Position numbers and translations under genes: made by a program. Under the pieces are notes generated by a model that saw nothing but the letters and a program-made list of their open reading frames with translations, ran no database searches and was not told the origin of the DNA. Shown here piece after piece: positions 52,955 through 62,161 of a stretch of DNA of 64,000 nt (position 1 is its first letter; each line of letters starts with the position of its first letter). The DNA comes from an uncultured Dorea sp. (GTDB lineage Bacteria; Bacillota; Clostridia; Lachnospirales; Lachnospiraceae), in NCBI GenBank assembly GCA_947388185.1, contig CANDQP010000001.1, positions 17,604 through 81,603 on the forward strand, given 5' to 3'.

Positions 52955-53968
52955 ATGAGCATGGAACCAATATTACAAATAGAGAATCTGAAGACTTCTT
53001 TTATGACCAGTAACGGAGAGGTGCAGGCTGTCCGCGGTGTGAGTTTTTCTATTAACAAAGGAGAGATCCTTGGTATCGTGGGAGAGTCAGGAAGCGGTAA
53101 GAGCGTGACGTCTATGTCGATCCTGCGGCTCCTGGCGGATACGGCGGTCATCAAGGAAGGGTCGATCACATTTGAAGGGAAGAATCTGATCGATGTGTCT
53201 AAGAAGGAGATGAGGGGAATCCGGGGAGAGAAGATCTCCATGATCTTCCAGGATCCCATGTCTTCTCTGAATCCGCTGATTCCAGTAGGTAATCAGGTGG
53301 CTGAGATGATCCTGGAGCACCATCCGGACCGGAAGAAGGAGGACGTGAAGAAGGAAGTATTAGAGTTATTTTCCAGAGTCAGGATACCGGAGCCTGAGAA
53401 GCGGTACAAGTGTTTCCCCCACGAATTCTCCGGCGGGATGCGCCAGAGGGTTATGATCGCCATGGCGCTGGCCAATAAGCCGGACCTTCTGATCGCGGAT
53501 GAGCCTACTACGGCGTTGGATGTAACCATTCAGGACCAGATCTTGCATCAGCTCAGGGAGCTTGAGAAAGAATACGGTACAAGTATTATATTTATCACCC
53601 ATGATCTGGGAGTGGTGGCTGAGCTGTGCGACCGCGTGATCGTAATGTACGGAGGTCTGGTGATGGAGGAGGCGTCGATCGACGATATCTTCGAGAAGCC
53701 GGGGCATCCTTATACGATGGGCTTATTGGTATCGATCCCGGATATCAAGCAGGACAAGAGCGTGCGGCTGATGCCGATCCCCGGTTCACCGCCGGATATG
53801 ACGAATCCGCCGAAGGGGTGTCCGTTTGCACCGAGATGCCCTTATGCGAGAAAAATATGCGCCCAGGAGCTGCCGGAATTCATAGAGCTTGGGGAAGGCC
53901 ACAGGACCAGATGCTTTCTGCAGTATCCGGATGCGCCGGCCGATGAACACAATCCATTCCGGAGGTAG
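52955..53968 (+). CDS. oppD: oligopeptide ABC transporter ATP-binding protein
   Basis: It has Walker A GESGSGKS, signature FSGGMRQR, Walker B LLIADEPTTALD and the oligopeptide C-terminal extension (GCPFAPRCP). The start may be 52961. Confidence 0.9.
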   Translation: MSMEPILQIENLKTSFMTSNGEVQAVRGVSFSINKGEILGIVGESGSGKSVTSMSILRLLADTAVIKEGSITFEGKNLIDVSKKEMRGIRGEKISMIFQDPMSSLNPLIPVGNQVAEMILEHHPDRKKEDVKKEVLELFSRVRIPEPEKRYKCFPHEFSGGMRQRVMIAMALANKPDLLIADEPTTALDVTIQDQILHQLRELEKEYGTSIIFITHDLGVVAELCDRVIVMYGGLVMEEASIDDIFEKPGHPYTMGLLVSIPDIKQDKSVRLMPIPGSPPDMTNPPKGCPFAPRCPYARKICAQELPEFIELGEGHRTRCFLQYPDAPADEHNPFRR

Positions 53969-53976
53969 GAGTAATT

Positions 53977-54936
53977 ATGAGTGATCAGAATATACTGGAG
54001 GTCAGAGACCTTACAAAACATTTTAAAGCAGGCGGCAAGCAGGTGGTCCACGCAGTGGACGGCGTAAGCTTCACGCTTGCAAGGGGGAAGACGCTGGGGC
54101 TGGTAGGCGAGTCCGGATGCGGCAAGTCAAGCTGCGCCAGAACCATCATCCGCATGTATGATGTGACGGCCGGTCAGGTGATCTTAGACGGGACGGACAT
54201 CACGAATATGAAGCAGAAGGAGTTGAAGCCCCTTCGCAAGAAGATGCAGATGATCTTCCAGGATCCCTATGCTTCTCTGAATGCGAGGATGACGGTGAGA
54301 GATATTATCGCGGAACCGCTGATCGCACACGGGATCGTGAAGAAGAAGGAGGCGGCCAATGAGCTGGTATATCCGATGCTTGAGTGGGTGGGGCTTACGA
54401 AGGAGCATGCCAACCGGTATGCCCATGAGTTCTCCGGCGGCCAGAGGCAGAGAGTCGGGATCGCCAGGGCATTGATCCTGCAGCCGGAGCTAGTCATCTG
54501 TGACGAGCCGATCTCGGCGCTGGACGTATCGATCCAGGCGCAGGTTATCAACCTTCTGAAGGATTTCCAGGAGGAGAAGGGGCTGTCCTATCTGTTTATC
54601 GCCCATGACCTTTCTATGGTGCGGTATGTGTCGGATGAGGTGGGAGTTATGTATTTAGGGCATCTGGTGGAGATCTGCGAGTCCAACGAGATCTACAACA
54701 ATCCTCTTCACCCGTACACCAAAGGGCTTCTTGGCAGTATCCCGATCGCCAATCCCAAGCTTGCAAGGCAGAAGGAGAAGAGCGGGATAGAAGGAGATAT
54801 TCCAAGCCCGATCCATCCGCCCCAGGGGTGCAGATTCCATACCCGGTGTCCGTTCGCGAAGCCGGAGTGCGGGGAGGTTAAGCCGCAGATGAAGGATGCG
54901 GGCGGCGGCCATATGGTTGCGTGTCATCTGTATTAA
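53977..54936 (+). CDS. oppF: oligopeptide ABC transporter ATP-binding protein
   Basis: It has Walker A GESGCGKS, signature FSGGQRQR, Walker B LVICDEPISALD and C-terminal GCRFHTRCP. Confidence 0.9.
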   Translation: MSDQNILEVRDLTKHFKAGGKQVVHAVDGVSFTLARGKTLGLVGESGCGKSSCARTIIRMYDVTAGQVILDGTDITNMKQKELKPLRKKMQMIFQDPYASLNARMTVRDIIAEPLIAHGIVKKKEAANELVYPMLEWVGLTKEHANRYAHEFSGGQRQRVGIARALILQPELVICDEPISALDVSIQAQVINLLKDFQEEKGLSYLFIAHDLSMVRYVSDEVGVMYLGHLVEICESNEIYNNPLHPYTKGLLGSIPIANPKLARQKEKSGIEGDIPSPIHPPQGCRFHTRCPFAKPECGEVKPQMKDAGGGHMVACHLY

Positions 54937-55077
54937 CAAGGTTTCTCGGCACGGATATCTGGGTTTATATTTGACCGATTGGCCGGATAACAGTACAGAT
55001 ACGGTGTCTTGGAGCATAGATCAGACCGGCCGAAGGCGGCTGGTTCAATAATCCATTATAAAGGAGGAGACAATATT

Positions 55078-56751
55078 ATGAAAAAGAGGCTGAGCCTTCT
55101 TCTGGCGCTGAGTATGATGTGTACGGCAGTGCTGGCAGGCTGCGGCGGCAAGGACCAGGAGCCGCAGACCATTGATGATGTGCAGGAGAACACAGAAGAG
55201 GAAGCAAAAGGAGAAGCGGCAGGAGCGCAGGAGATGACCTTTGTCCTGAGCAATGAGCCGGATACCATCGACCCGACGGTCACGAACAATTCATTCGCGA
55301 CACCGTTTTTGGTTAACTGCTTTGAAGGACTTGTAACCTATAATGAAGCCGGTGAGGTTGTACCGGGCAATGCTGAGTCATGGGAATCTAATGACGACCT
55401 GACTGTCTACACCTTCCATCTGAGAGACGGACTTAAGTGGAGCGACGGAAGCGATCTTACAGCGAATGACTATGTATACGCTGCCCTGCGTGTCCTGACT
55501 CCGGATACTGCTGCGCAGTATGTGAACATGATCTCTGATTATGTGGTAAATGCAGAAGAATTCTACAACGGAGAGAAGAAGGCAGAAGATATAGGAATCA
55601 AGGCGGTGGATGACCAGACATTGGAATTCACGCTGAAGGAGTCCTGCCCGTTCTTTGTTGACCTGGTAAGTATGTGGGTATATTTCCCTGTACAGGAGGC
55701 AACGATCGAGGCGAACGGCGATAAGTGGACAACATCTGCTGAATCATATATCGGCAACGGTCCGTTCAAGGTAACGGAGATGAAGGAGAAAGAGAGCTTC
55801 ACTCTTGAGAAGAATGAAAACTACTGGGATGCAGAGAATGTAACGCTTGAGAAGCTTACCTACCGTTACATCCTGGATGTTGCGACCGCACTGACAGCTT
55901 ATGAGAACGGTGAGGTCGACGGTGTAAGGACGATCCCGTCCAGTGATATCGCACGTCTGAAGGCAGATAACGCAGGCGTATACACAGCTCCAAGCTATGG
56001 TACAGTATACTATGATATCAACTGCTCCGTAGAGCCGTATGATGATCCGTTGGTAAGGAAGGCGCTGAACCTGGCGATCGACCGTGAGGCCCTGATCAAT
56101 AATGTGGCTCAGGTTGACGGAGAGCCGGCATATAGTTTCTATGCACCTGGTTATGTGGTAGACGGTAAGGACTTAACAGAGGGACGTTCTGAGTTCGGAT
56201 TGTCTTCTACAGCAGATCCGGAAGCGGCGAAGCAGGCGTTGGCTGACGCAGGTTTTCCGGACGGAGAGGGATTCCCGACCGTACAGTTATCTTTCTACTC
56301 TGACGACAATGTGAAGAAGATCGCAGAGGCGATCAAGGAGATGTGGGAGCAGAACCTGGGAATCAAGGTAGAAGTAAGCTCCGCTGACTGGGCTGTATTC
56401 TATGATGACGTACAGAATGGTAACTATGAAGTAGCAGCTATGGGATGGAGCGCGGATTATGTGAATCCGATGAGCTTCCTTCCGCTGCTCTACACAGACG
56501 ACGTGACGAACAACAGCTTCTACAGCAACCCGGATTATGATGCGATCGTAGACCAGGCGAAGGTAGAGAAGGATCCGGCGAAGTTCGGCGAACTGGTAAA
56601 ACAGGCTGACGAGCTGGTATCTGCAGACTATCCGGTACTTGCCCTGTACTATAAGTCCAACAACATCCTGCTTAAGGATTATGTGGAGGGCGTATATATG
56701 ACATCATCCTCTAACATCTACTTCAAGAACGCGAAGGTTCTTGAAAAGTAG
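55078..56751 (+). CDS. oppA: oligopeptide-binding lipoprotein (SBP family 5)
   Basis: ATG 55078 follows an AAAGGAGGAG RBS. It has the lipobox LAGCGG and the family-5 SBP pattern (EPDTIDPT...; W(S/T)DG). Confidence 0.9.
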   Translation: MKKRLSLLLALSMMCTAVLAGCGGKDQEPQTIDDVQENTEEEAKGEAAGAQEMTFVLSNEPDTIDPTVTNNSFATPFLVNCFEGLVTYNEAGEVVPGNAESWESNDDLTVYTFHLRDGLKWSDGSDLTANDYVYAALRVLTPDTAAQYVNMISDYVVNAEEFYNGEKKAEDIGIKAVDDQTLEFTLKESCPFFVDLVSMWVYFPVQEATIEANGDKWTTSAESYIGNGPFKVTEMKEKESFTLEKNENYWDAENVTLEKLTYRYILDVATALTAYENGEVDGVRTIPSSDIARLKADNAGVYTAPSYGTVYYDINCSVEPYDDPLVRKALNLAIDREALINNVAQVDGEPAYSFYAPGYVVDGKDLTEGRSEFGLSSTADPEAAKQALADAGFPDGEGFPTVQLSFYSDDNVKKIAEAIKEMWEQNLGIKVEVSSADWAVFYDDVQNGNYEVAAMGWSADYVNPMSFLPLLYTDDVTNNSFYSNPDYDAIVDQAKVEKDPAKFGELVKQADELVSADYPVLALYYKSNNILLKDYVEGVYMTSSSNIYFKNAKVLEK

Positions 56752-56760
56752 GAGAGGACA

Positions 56761-57246
56761 TTGAGGTGCATTATTACGACGGAAGGCTTCGGGGATATGG
56801 TCTTTGACCTGTTCCCGGACCTTGCGCCGATCACGGTTAAGAATTTTGTGGATACGGCTAAAAGCGGGTTCTATGACGGACTTGCCTGGTGCCGGATCGT
56901 GAAGGATTATGTGATCCAGTCAGGCTCCCCGGATAATGATATCATGACAGACAGCGACTGGCATATCAAAGGGGAATTTGAGGAGAACGGAATCCACAAT
57001 CCGATTCAGCATAAGAGAGGCGCACTGTCCATGGCGCGTGATGACGATCCTGATACGGCTGGGACGCAGTTCTTTGTCGTACACAAGGATGCACATAAGC
57101 TGGACGGCAGATATGCGGCTTTTGGAGAGATGACAGCCGGGTTCGAGGTGCTGGATGCGATAGCAGAACAGTCGACTTATGGGCCTGATACATGGAATAA
57201 GCCGAAGGAGATGCCGGTGATCACACGGATTGTAATTGAAGAATAG
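56761..57246 (+). CDS. cyclophilin-type peptidyl-prolyl cis-trans isomerase
   Basis: It starts at TTG with an AGGAGAGG RBS. It has APITVKNFV, ALSMARDDDPDTAGTQFFV and GRYAAFGEM motifs. Confidence 0.85.
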   Translation: MRCIITTEGFGDMVFDLFPDLAPITVKNFVDTAKSGFYDGLAWCRIVKDYVIQSGSPDNDIMTDSDWHIKGEFEENGIHNPIQHKRGALSMARDDDPDTAGTQFFVVHKDAHKLDGRYAAFGEMTAGFEVLDAIAEQSTYGPDTWNKPKEMPVITRIVIEE

Positions 57247-57317
57247 GGCATATAAAGGATCACTGCGATAAAGCTATGGAAGATCTGAAGCAGTATGTCT
57301 GAATGATGATAATATAT

Positions 57318-57359
57318 AGAAGGTATCTTGCGATTTGATTCGGAGATATCTTCTTTTTT
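57318..57359 (+). terminator. rho-independent terminator after the opp-ppiase operon
   Basis: AGAAGGTATCT...AGATATCTTCT (10/11 bp) followed by TTTTTT. Confidence 0.6.
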
Positions 57360-57517
57360 ATAGATGCTCTCATATAACAATAAGTTATATGAGATATAAG
57401 TATTTCTGTATATGACAAAAGCCTCTAACCATTGATTTCCATGTAAAAATATGCTTTAATATATTTTGTATGCGATGAGCTGTTGATTGTCTACAATTTG
57501 CGGAAGAGGATGAGAAA

Positions 57518-58390
57518 ATGAGTCTTTGGAAATACAAATATTTTGTTGATGTGGTAGATATGAAGAGCTTTACGAAAGCCGGAAAGAAGAATTATGTAAC
57601 ACAGACTGCGATCAGCCAGCAGATTGCGAAGCTTGAAAAAGAAGCAGGCGGGAAGCTGATCAGCAGAGAATCAGGGGCTCTTAAGGTTACGGAGCTTGGA
57701 CAGGTTGTCTATGATAAGGCCCGGGAGATGCTGTACATATACAGGCAGATGGAGAAGGAGATCGAGCAGATACTTAAGAAGGATGTCATCAGGCTCGGAA
57801 TCGATAGTTCTATCAATGACCTTATCTGGCATAGGATGCAGGAATTGATAGACGCGTACTATTCTGAGGAGGATTTTCAGTTCTGCAGGATAGACGGGGC
57901 GGCCGGGAATAAGATGCTGGCAGAGTATTCGCTCGATATCTATATTGGATATGGAGTAGATGAAGAGTACCGGACGGAGGACATTGAGGAATTCACATTA
58001 TGCGAGCATCCGGTGGGAGTCTATGTAGGGAAGAAGAGTACATTGCATCTTGGCAAGACTGCGCGTATAGAGGATCTGAAGGGCTATACCAGATACGGGA
58101 CGGATATCTATCCCTGCAGTGTTGCGGAGGATATCAGCGACAGGTTCCGTGAATCATGCGCGCGGATCTGCCGCGTGGATAATGTGGATACTATGAAGCT
58201 TAAGGTCGAGTTTAACGACGGATATGCATTCGTGGACAGCTATTATTTCCAGCAGAATTCGGGGGAGGTATATCCGTTGTCAGACTGGATGTGTCCGCAG
58301 TATATAAAGGTATATTATAGAAGAAATAAGAATAAAAAGAAGCTGTGCGATGTGCTGAAGAAGCTTCGGTGTCTGTCGGAGAAGCTGTGA
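57518..58390 (+). CDS. LysR-family transcriptional regulator
   Basis: 290 aa with the N-terminal HTH FVDVVDMKSFTKAGKKNYVTQTAISQQIAKLE. Confidence 0.85.
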   Translation: MSLWKYKYFVDVVDMKSFTKAGKKNYVTQTAISQQIAKLEKEAGGKLISRESGALKVTELGQVVYDKAREMLYIYRQMEKEIEQILKKDVIRLGIDSSINDLIWHRMQELIDAYYSEEDFQFCRIDGAAGNKMLAEYSLDIYIGYGVDEEYRTEDIEEFTLCEHPVGVYVGKKSTLHLGKTARIEDLKGYTRYGTDIYPCSVAEDISDRFRESCARICRVDNVDTMKLKVEFNDGYAFVDSYYFQQNSGEVYPLSDWMCPQYIKVYYRRNKNKKKLCDVLKKLRCLSEKL

Positions 58391-58482
58391 ACGAAGCTTG
58401 TTGAGAAAACAACTTGAAGGATCGGTGTTTTAGTGTTACTATATGAGAACAACAGCAACTAAAACAGGAGAGGTATATCAAA

Positions 58483-59793
58483 ATGTATGAAGAGATTGTA
58501 TCAGGACTAGCAGAATTTATCAAAAAGAGTCCGACAGCGTTCCATGCAGCGGCGAATCTGGCAGCCATGCTGCACGAAAATGGTTATCAAAGGCTTGACG
58601 AAGGGGAGCAGTGGGAGATCAGGCCGGGGGGAAGGTACTATGTGACCCGCAATGATTCCAGTATCATTGCACTGAATGTGGGAGAACAGCTTGAAGACTA
58701 TCGTTTTAAGATCGCGGCTTCCCACAGTGATTCCCCTACCTTTAAGATCAAGGAGAATGCCGAGATCCAGGTGAGGGATAAGTACACGAAGCTGAATACG
58801 GAAGGCTACGGAGGGATGCTGTGCGCGACATGGTTTGACCGTCCGCTGTCGGTCGCCGGCCGTGTCGTAGTAAGAGAAGGGAAGGAATATGCTGCGAAGC
58901 TTGTGAATGCGGACAGGGACCTTCTGCTGATCCCGAATATGGCGATCCATATGAACCGGGAGGTCAACAAGGGTTATTCTTATAACAATCAGGTTGACAT
59001 GCTTCCATTGTTCGGCGGGAGCGGATGCAGGAAGGGCGATTTTAAGAGGCTGATCGCGGAAGAGCTCGGTGTGGAGGAAGACGCCGTCTGCGGGATGGAT
59101 CTGTATCTCTATAACCGTATGAGGCCGTCGGTGTGGGGGGCAGACAATGAGTTTATCTCCTGTCCGCAGTTAGACGACCTTCAGTGCGCGTATACTTCTC
59201 TGACAGGTTTTCTTGCGGGAGCGGACGATCACGCCGTCAATGTATTTGCATGCTTTGACAATGAAGAAGTGGGTTCAGGGACCAAACAGGGCGCGGCCTC
59301 TACATTCCTTCATGATACGCTTTACCGCACGAATCTCTGTCTCGGAAAAGGAGAAGAGGAGTTCTACCGTGCGGCTTCGAAGAGCTTCATGCTCAGCTGC
59401 GACAATGCCCATGCGGTGCATCCGAATCATCCAGAGAAGACAGACGAGGGCAACTGCGTGTATATCAACGAGGGAATCGTAGTGAAATCACACGCCGGAC
59501 AGAAATATACCAGTGACGCCGTAAGCATTGCCGTGTTCAGAGGGATCTGTGAAGAGGCAGGCGTGCCTCTGCAGTTTTTTGCGAACCGTTCGGATATGGC
59601 AGGCGGAAGTACGCTCGGCAATATCGCGATGTCGCAGGTGTCTATGAACAGCATTGACATCGGGCTGCCGCAGCTTGCGATGCATTCCTCCTTCGAGACT
59701 GCCGGAGTGAAGGACAGCTATTATATGGTCCGTGCGGTCGGGAAATTCTTTGACAGTCCCATAGAGGCTATATCGGTCCGTCCGCAGTTATAG
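58483..59793 (+). CDS. M18-family aminopeptidase
   Basis: 436 aa with SHSDSPTFKIK, FDNEEVGS and LAMHS motifs typical of M18 (aspartyl aminopeptidase-like) enzymes. Confidence 0.85.
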   Translation: MYEEIVSGLAEFIKKSPTAFHAAANLAAMLHENGYQRLDEGEQWEIRPGGRYYVTRNDSSIIALNVGEQLEDYRFKIAASHSDSPTFKIKENAEIQVRDKYTKLNTEGYGGMLCATWFDRPLSVAGRVVVREGKEYAAKLVNADRDLLLIPNMAIHMNREVNKGYSYNNQVDMLPLFGGSGCRKGDFKRLIAEELGVEEDAVCGMDLYLYNRMRPSVWGADNEFISCPQLDDLQCAYTSLTGFLAGADDHAVNVFACFDNEEVGSGTKQGAASTFLHDTLYRTNLCLGKGEEEFYRAASKSFMLSCDNAHAVHPNHPEKTDEGNCVYINEGIVVKSHAGQKYTSDAVSIAVFRGICEEAGVPLQFFANRSDMAGGSTLGNIAMSQVSMNSIDIGLPQLAMHSSFETAGVKDSYYMVRAVGKFFDSPIEAISVRPQL

Positions 59794-59824
59794 GTTTATA
59801 TTTATTATGATATAGGAGTACGCT

Positions 59825-60673
59825 ATGAAAAAGGAATTTAATTTAAAATCTTTTTTGACAATGTTGGCGGGTATGTTCCTGATATCCGCGGCAGTATATT
59901 ATATTATGATGCCTGCGAATCTTGTGCTGGGGAGTCTGTCCGGTCTTGTGCTTGTGCTTGTGAATTTTATACCTTTGAAGGTATCGACTCTGACGTTCAT
60001 TCTGAACGCCGTCCTGCTGGTGTGCGGGTACATATTTATCGGAAAGGAATTCGGAGCGAAGACGGTAGTGACGTCTCTGCTGCTTCCGGTCTATCTCTGG
60101 ATCTTTGAGATCGTTACGCCTGACGTAAGTTCCTTGTCCGGCAATACCGTGATAGACCTTGCGTGTTTTATGGTTGTGATCAGTATGGGACAGGCTTTGC
60201 TGTTTAACATGAATGCATCTTCAGGAGGGCTGGATGTGGTTGCGAAGCTGCTCAACAAATATCTGGGCTTCAAGATCGGGGAGAGCCTTACGATCGCGGG
60301 ATTCATCATAGCTTGTACGTCGATCTTCGTCTATGACCGCGAGACTATGGTGGTCAGCCTGATCGGGACGTATATCTACGGGCTTGTATTAGACCGCTAC
60401 TGTGACGGGTTCAGAATCCGCAAGAAGGTGTGTATCCTGTCCGTGAAATATCAGGAGATCCAGGAGTATATCGTAAAGGAGCTTCACCGCGGGGCGACGC
60501 TCTATCACGCATACGGAGGAATGGGGCTTACGGAGCGTATGGAGGTAGTGACTATCCTTGAAAAGAGCGAATATGGGAAATTGCTTGCTTATATCCACCA
60601 AGCAGATCCGGCCGCGTTCGTGACGGTCAGCACGGTCAATGAGGTGATCGGCGAGTGGAATCGGAGACGGTAG
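59825..60673 (+). CDS. YitT-family membrane protein (DUF161 + DUF2179)
   Basis: 282 aa with 5-6 TM helices and a C-terminal soluble domain, GATLYHAYGGMG...FVTVSTVNEV. Confidence 0.8.
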   Translation: MKKEFNLKSFLTMLAGMFLISAAVYYIMMPANLVLGSLSGLVLVLVNFIPLKVSTLTFILNAVLLVCGYIFIGKEFGAKTVVTSLLLPVYLWIFEIVTPDVSSLSGNTVIDLACFMVVISMGQALLFNMNASSGGLDVVAKLLNKYLGFKIGESLTIAGFIIACTSIFVYDRETMVVSLIGTYIYGLVLDRYCDGFRIRKKVCILSVKYQEIQEYIVKELHRGATLYHAYGGMGLTERMEVVTILEKSEYGKLLAYIHQADPAAFVTVSTVNEVIGEWNRRR

Positions 60674-60695
60674 AGCCATTAGAAGGAGACAACAT

Positions 60696-61718
60696 ATGAA
60701 AAAGATATTGATGATAGGAACCGGAGGCACGATCGCTTCCACACCGACAGAATACGGACTGGCGCCGGGGCTTACACCGGCTGATATCCTGTCTTATATT
60801 CCGGCGGTGCGTCAGGTCTGTGAGGTGGATACCATACAGGTCTGCAATCTGGACAGTACCAATGTGACGCCCAAGCACTGGAAGCTGCTTGCGGGAACCG
60901 TTGAGGAACATTACAAAGAGTACGACGGATTTGTGATCTGTCACGGGACAGATACCCTGGCATACACAGCGGCGGCTCTTTCTTATATGATTCGGAATTC
61001 ATCCAAACCGATCGTGATCACAGGGGCGCAGAAGCCCATCCAGATGGATGTTACCGATGCAAGGACGAACCTTCTGGACAGCTTCATCTATGCTGCGGAT
61101 GACGAATCGCAGAACGTCAATATTGTATTCGACGGGAAGGTGATCGCCGGTACCCGTGCGAAAAAGGAACGTGCGAAGAGCTACGATGCATTTTCCAGTA
61201 TTAATTTCCCTTATCTGGCGGTGATCCAGGAGGGAATGATCGTGCGCTATATCAGGGAGCCGCAGTGCAATACGCCGGTGCATTTCAGTTATGATATGAA
61301 GGACAGCGTATATGTGCTGAAGCTGATACCGGGAATGCATGCCAGCGTTCTGCCGTATCTGTTCGAGCATTACGACTGTCTTGTGATCGAGAGCTTCGGG
61401 GTAGGAGGAATCCCCAATACGCTGGTGCAGGAATTCTACACAGAGATGAAGAAGTGGGAAGGCAAAGGGAAATACGTGGTGATGACGACCCAGGTGGCGA
61501 ATGAGGGAAGCAATATGACTGTCTATGAGGTCGGCAAGCGTGTGAAGCAAGATTTCAAGCTGTTCGAGGCTTATGATATGACGCTGGAGGCCGTGATCAC
61601 GAAGATGATGTGGCTGATGGGAAGAGGAACGGCAGAATATGAGGAGATGAAACGAGAATTCTATACGGAAGTGAATCATGATATACTGTTTACGAAGCGG
61701 TTGGAGAGCGAAGGATAG
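60696..61718 (+). CDS. ansA: L-asparaginase, type I
   Basis: 340 aa with IGTGGTIAS (catalytic Thr motif), HGTDTLAYTAAAL and GGIPN. Confidence 0.9.
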   Translation: MKKILMIGTGGTIASTPTEYGLAPGLTPADILSYIPAVRQVCEVDTIQVCNLDSTNVTPKHWKLLAGTVEEHYKEYDGFVICHGTDTLAYTAAALSYMIRNSSKPIVITGAQKPIQMDVTDARTNLLDSFIYAADDESQNVNIVFDGKVIAGTRAKKERAKSYDAFSSINFPYLAVIQEGMIVRYIREPQCNTPVHFSYDMKDSVYVLKLIPGMHASVLPYLFEHYDCLVIESFGVGGIPNTLVQEFYTEMKKWEGKGKYVVMTTQVANEGSNMTVYEVGKRVKQDFKLFEAYDMTLEAVITKMMWLMGRGTAEYEEMKREFYTEVNHDILFTKRLESEG

Positions 61719-61732
61719 AGTGGAGTAAAGCC

Positions 61733-61761
61733 TTTACACTTATATCGTTGATTGATATAAT
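61733..61761 (+). promoter_or_regulatory. candidate sigma-70-type promoter
   Basis: TTTACA (61733-61738), a 17-nt spacer, then TATAAT (61756-61761). Confidence 0.5.
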
Positions 61762-61803
61762 AAAAGTATCAAGGTAAACGGCGCTTATAAGTGAGGTGAT
61801 AGT

Positions 61804-61971
61804 ATGCCGGGAGAAAAGGAAATTAACATTAATCTATTAAATATTTTAGATCTGTTGGAACGATTGGAAATAGCGGATCAGGAAGGCGGACACGAAAAGC
61901 TGAAGTCACAGATTGCATTTGAAAAAAGATGCATTGAAAGAAAGCTTTATCAAAAGCCGCCGCTGGATTAG
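61804..61971 (+). CDS. candidate small helical protein (55 aa), unannotated in the ORF track
   Basis: A GAGGTGA RBS lies 5 nt upstream. It reads MPGEKEININLLNILDLLERLEIADQEGGHEKLKSQIAFEKRCIERKLYQKPPLD. It has its own promoter and a strong terminator (61996-62041: AAGGTGTAAAGTCTTG...CAAGACTTTGCGCCTT-TTTT). Confidence 0.4.
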   Translation: MPGEKEININLLNILDLLERLEIADQEGGHEKLKSQIAFEKRCIERKLYQKPPLD

Positions 61972-62161
61972 AGGGTTAGATAAAACAGCGCTTGGAAGGT
62001 GTAAAGTCTTGGGTTTATAAGCAAGACTTTGCGCCTTTTTTGCGTCTGAATAGGGTATAAGTTTTTCTTATAGGCCATTCGTTTTTCTTGTTGGAAATTC
62101 TGAGAATACAGATGTACAATTGCATATAGCGAATACATCAGAAAAACTAGGAGGATGAACG

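Noticed and set aside
54937-55077. A regulatory RNA or attenuator in the oppF-oppA gap.
   Set aside because: Only weak, imperfect hairpins are present (TTGGCCGG...ACCGGCCGAA) and no U-tract. The evidence is too thin for more than a mention under the opp finding.
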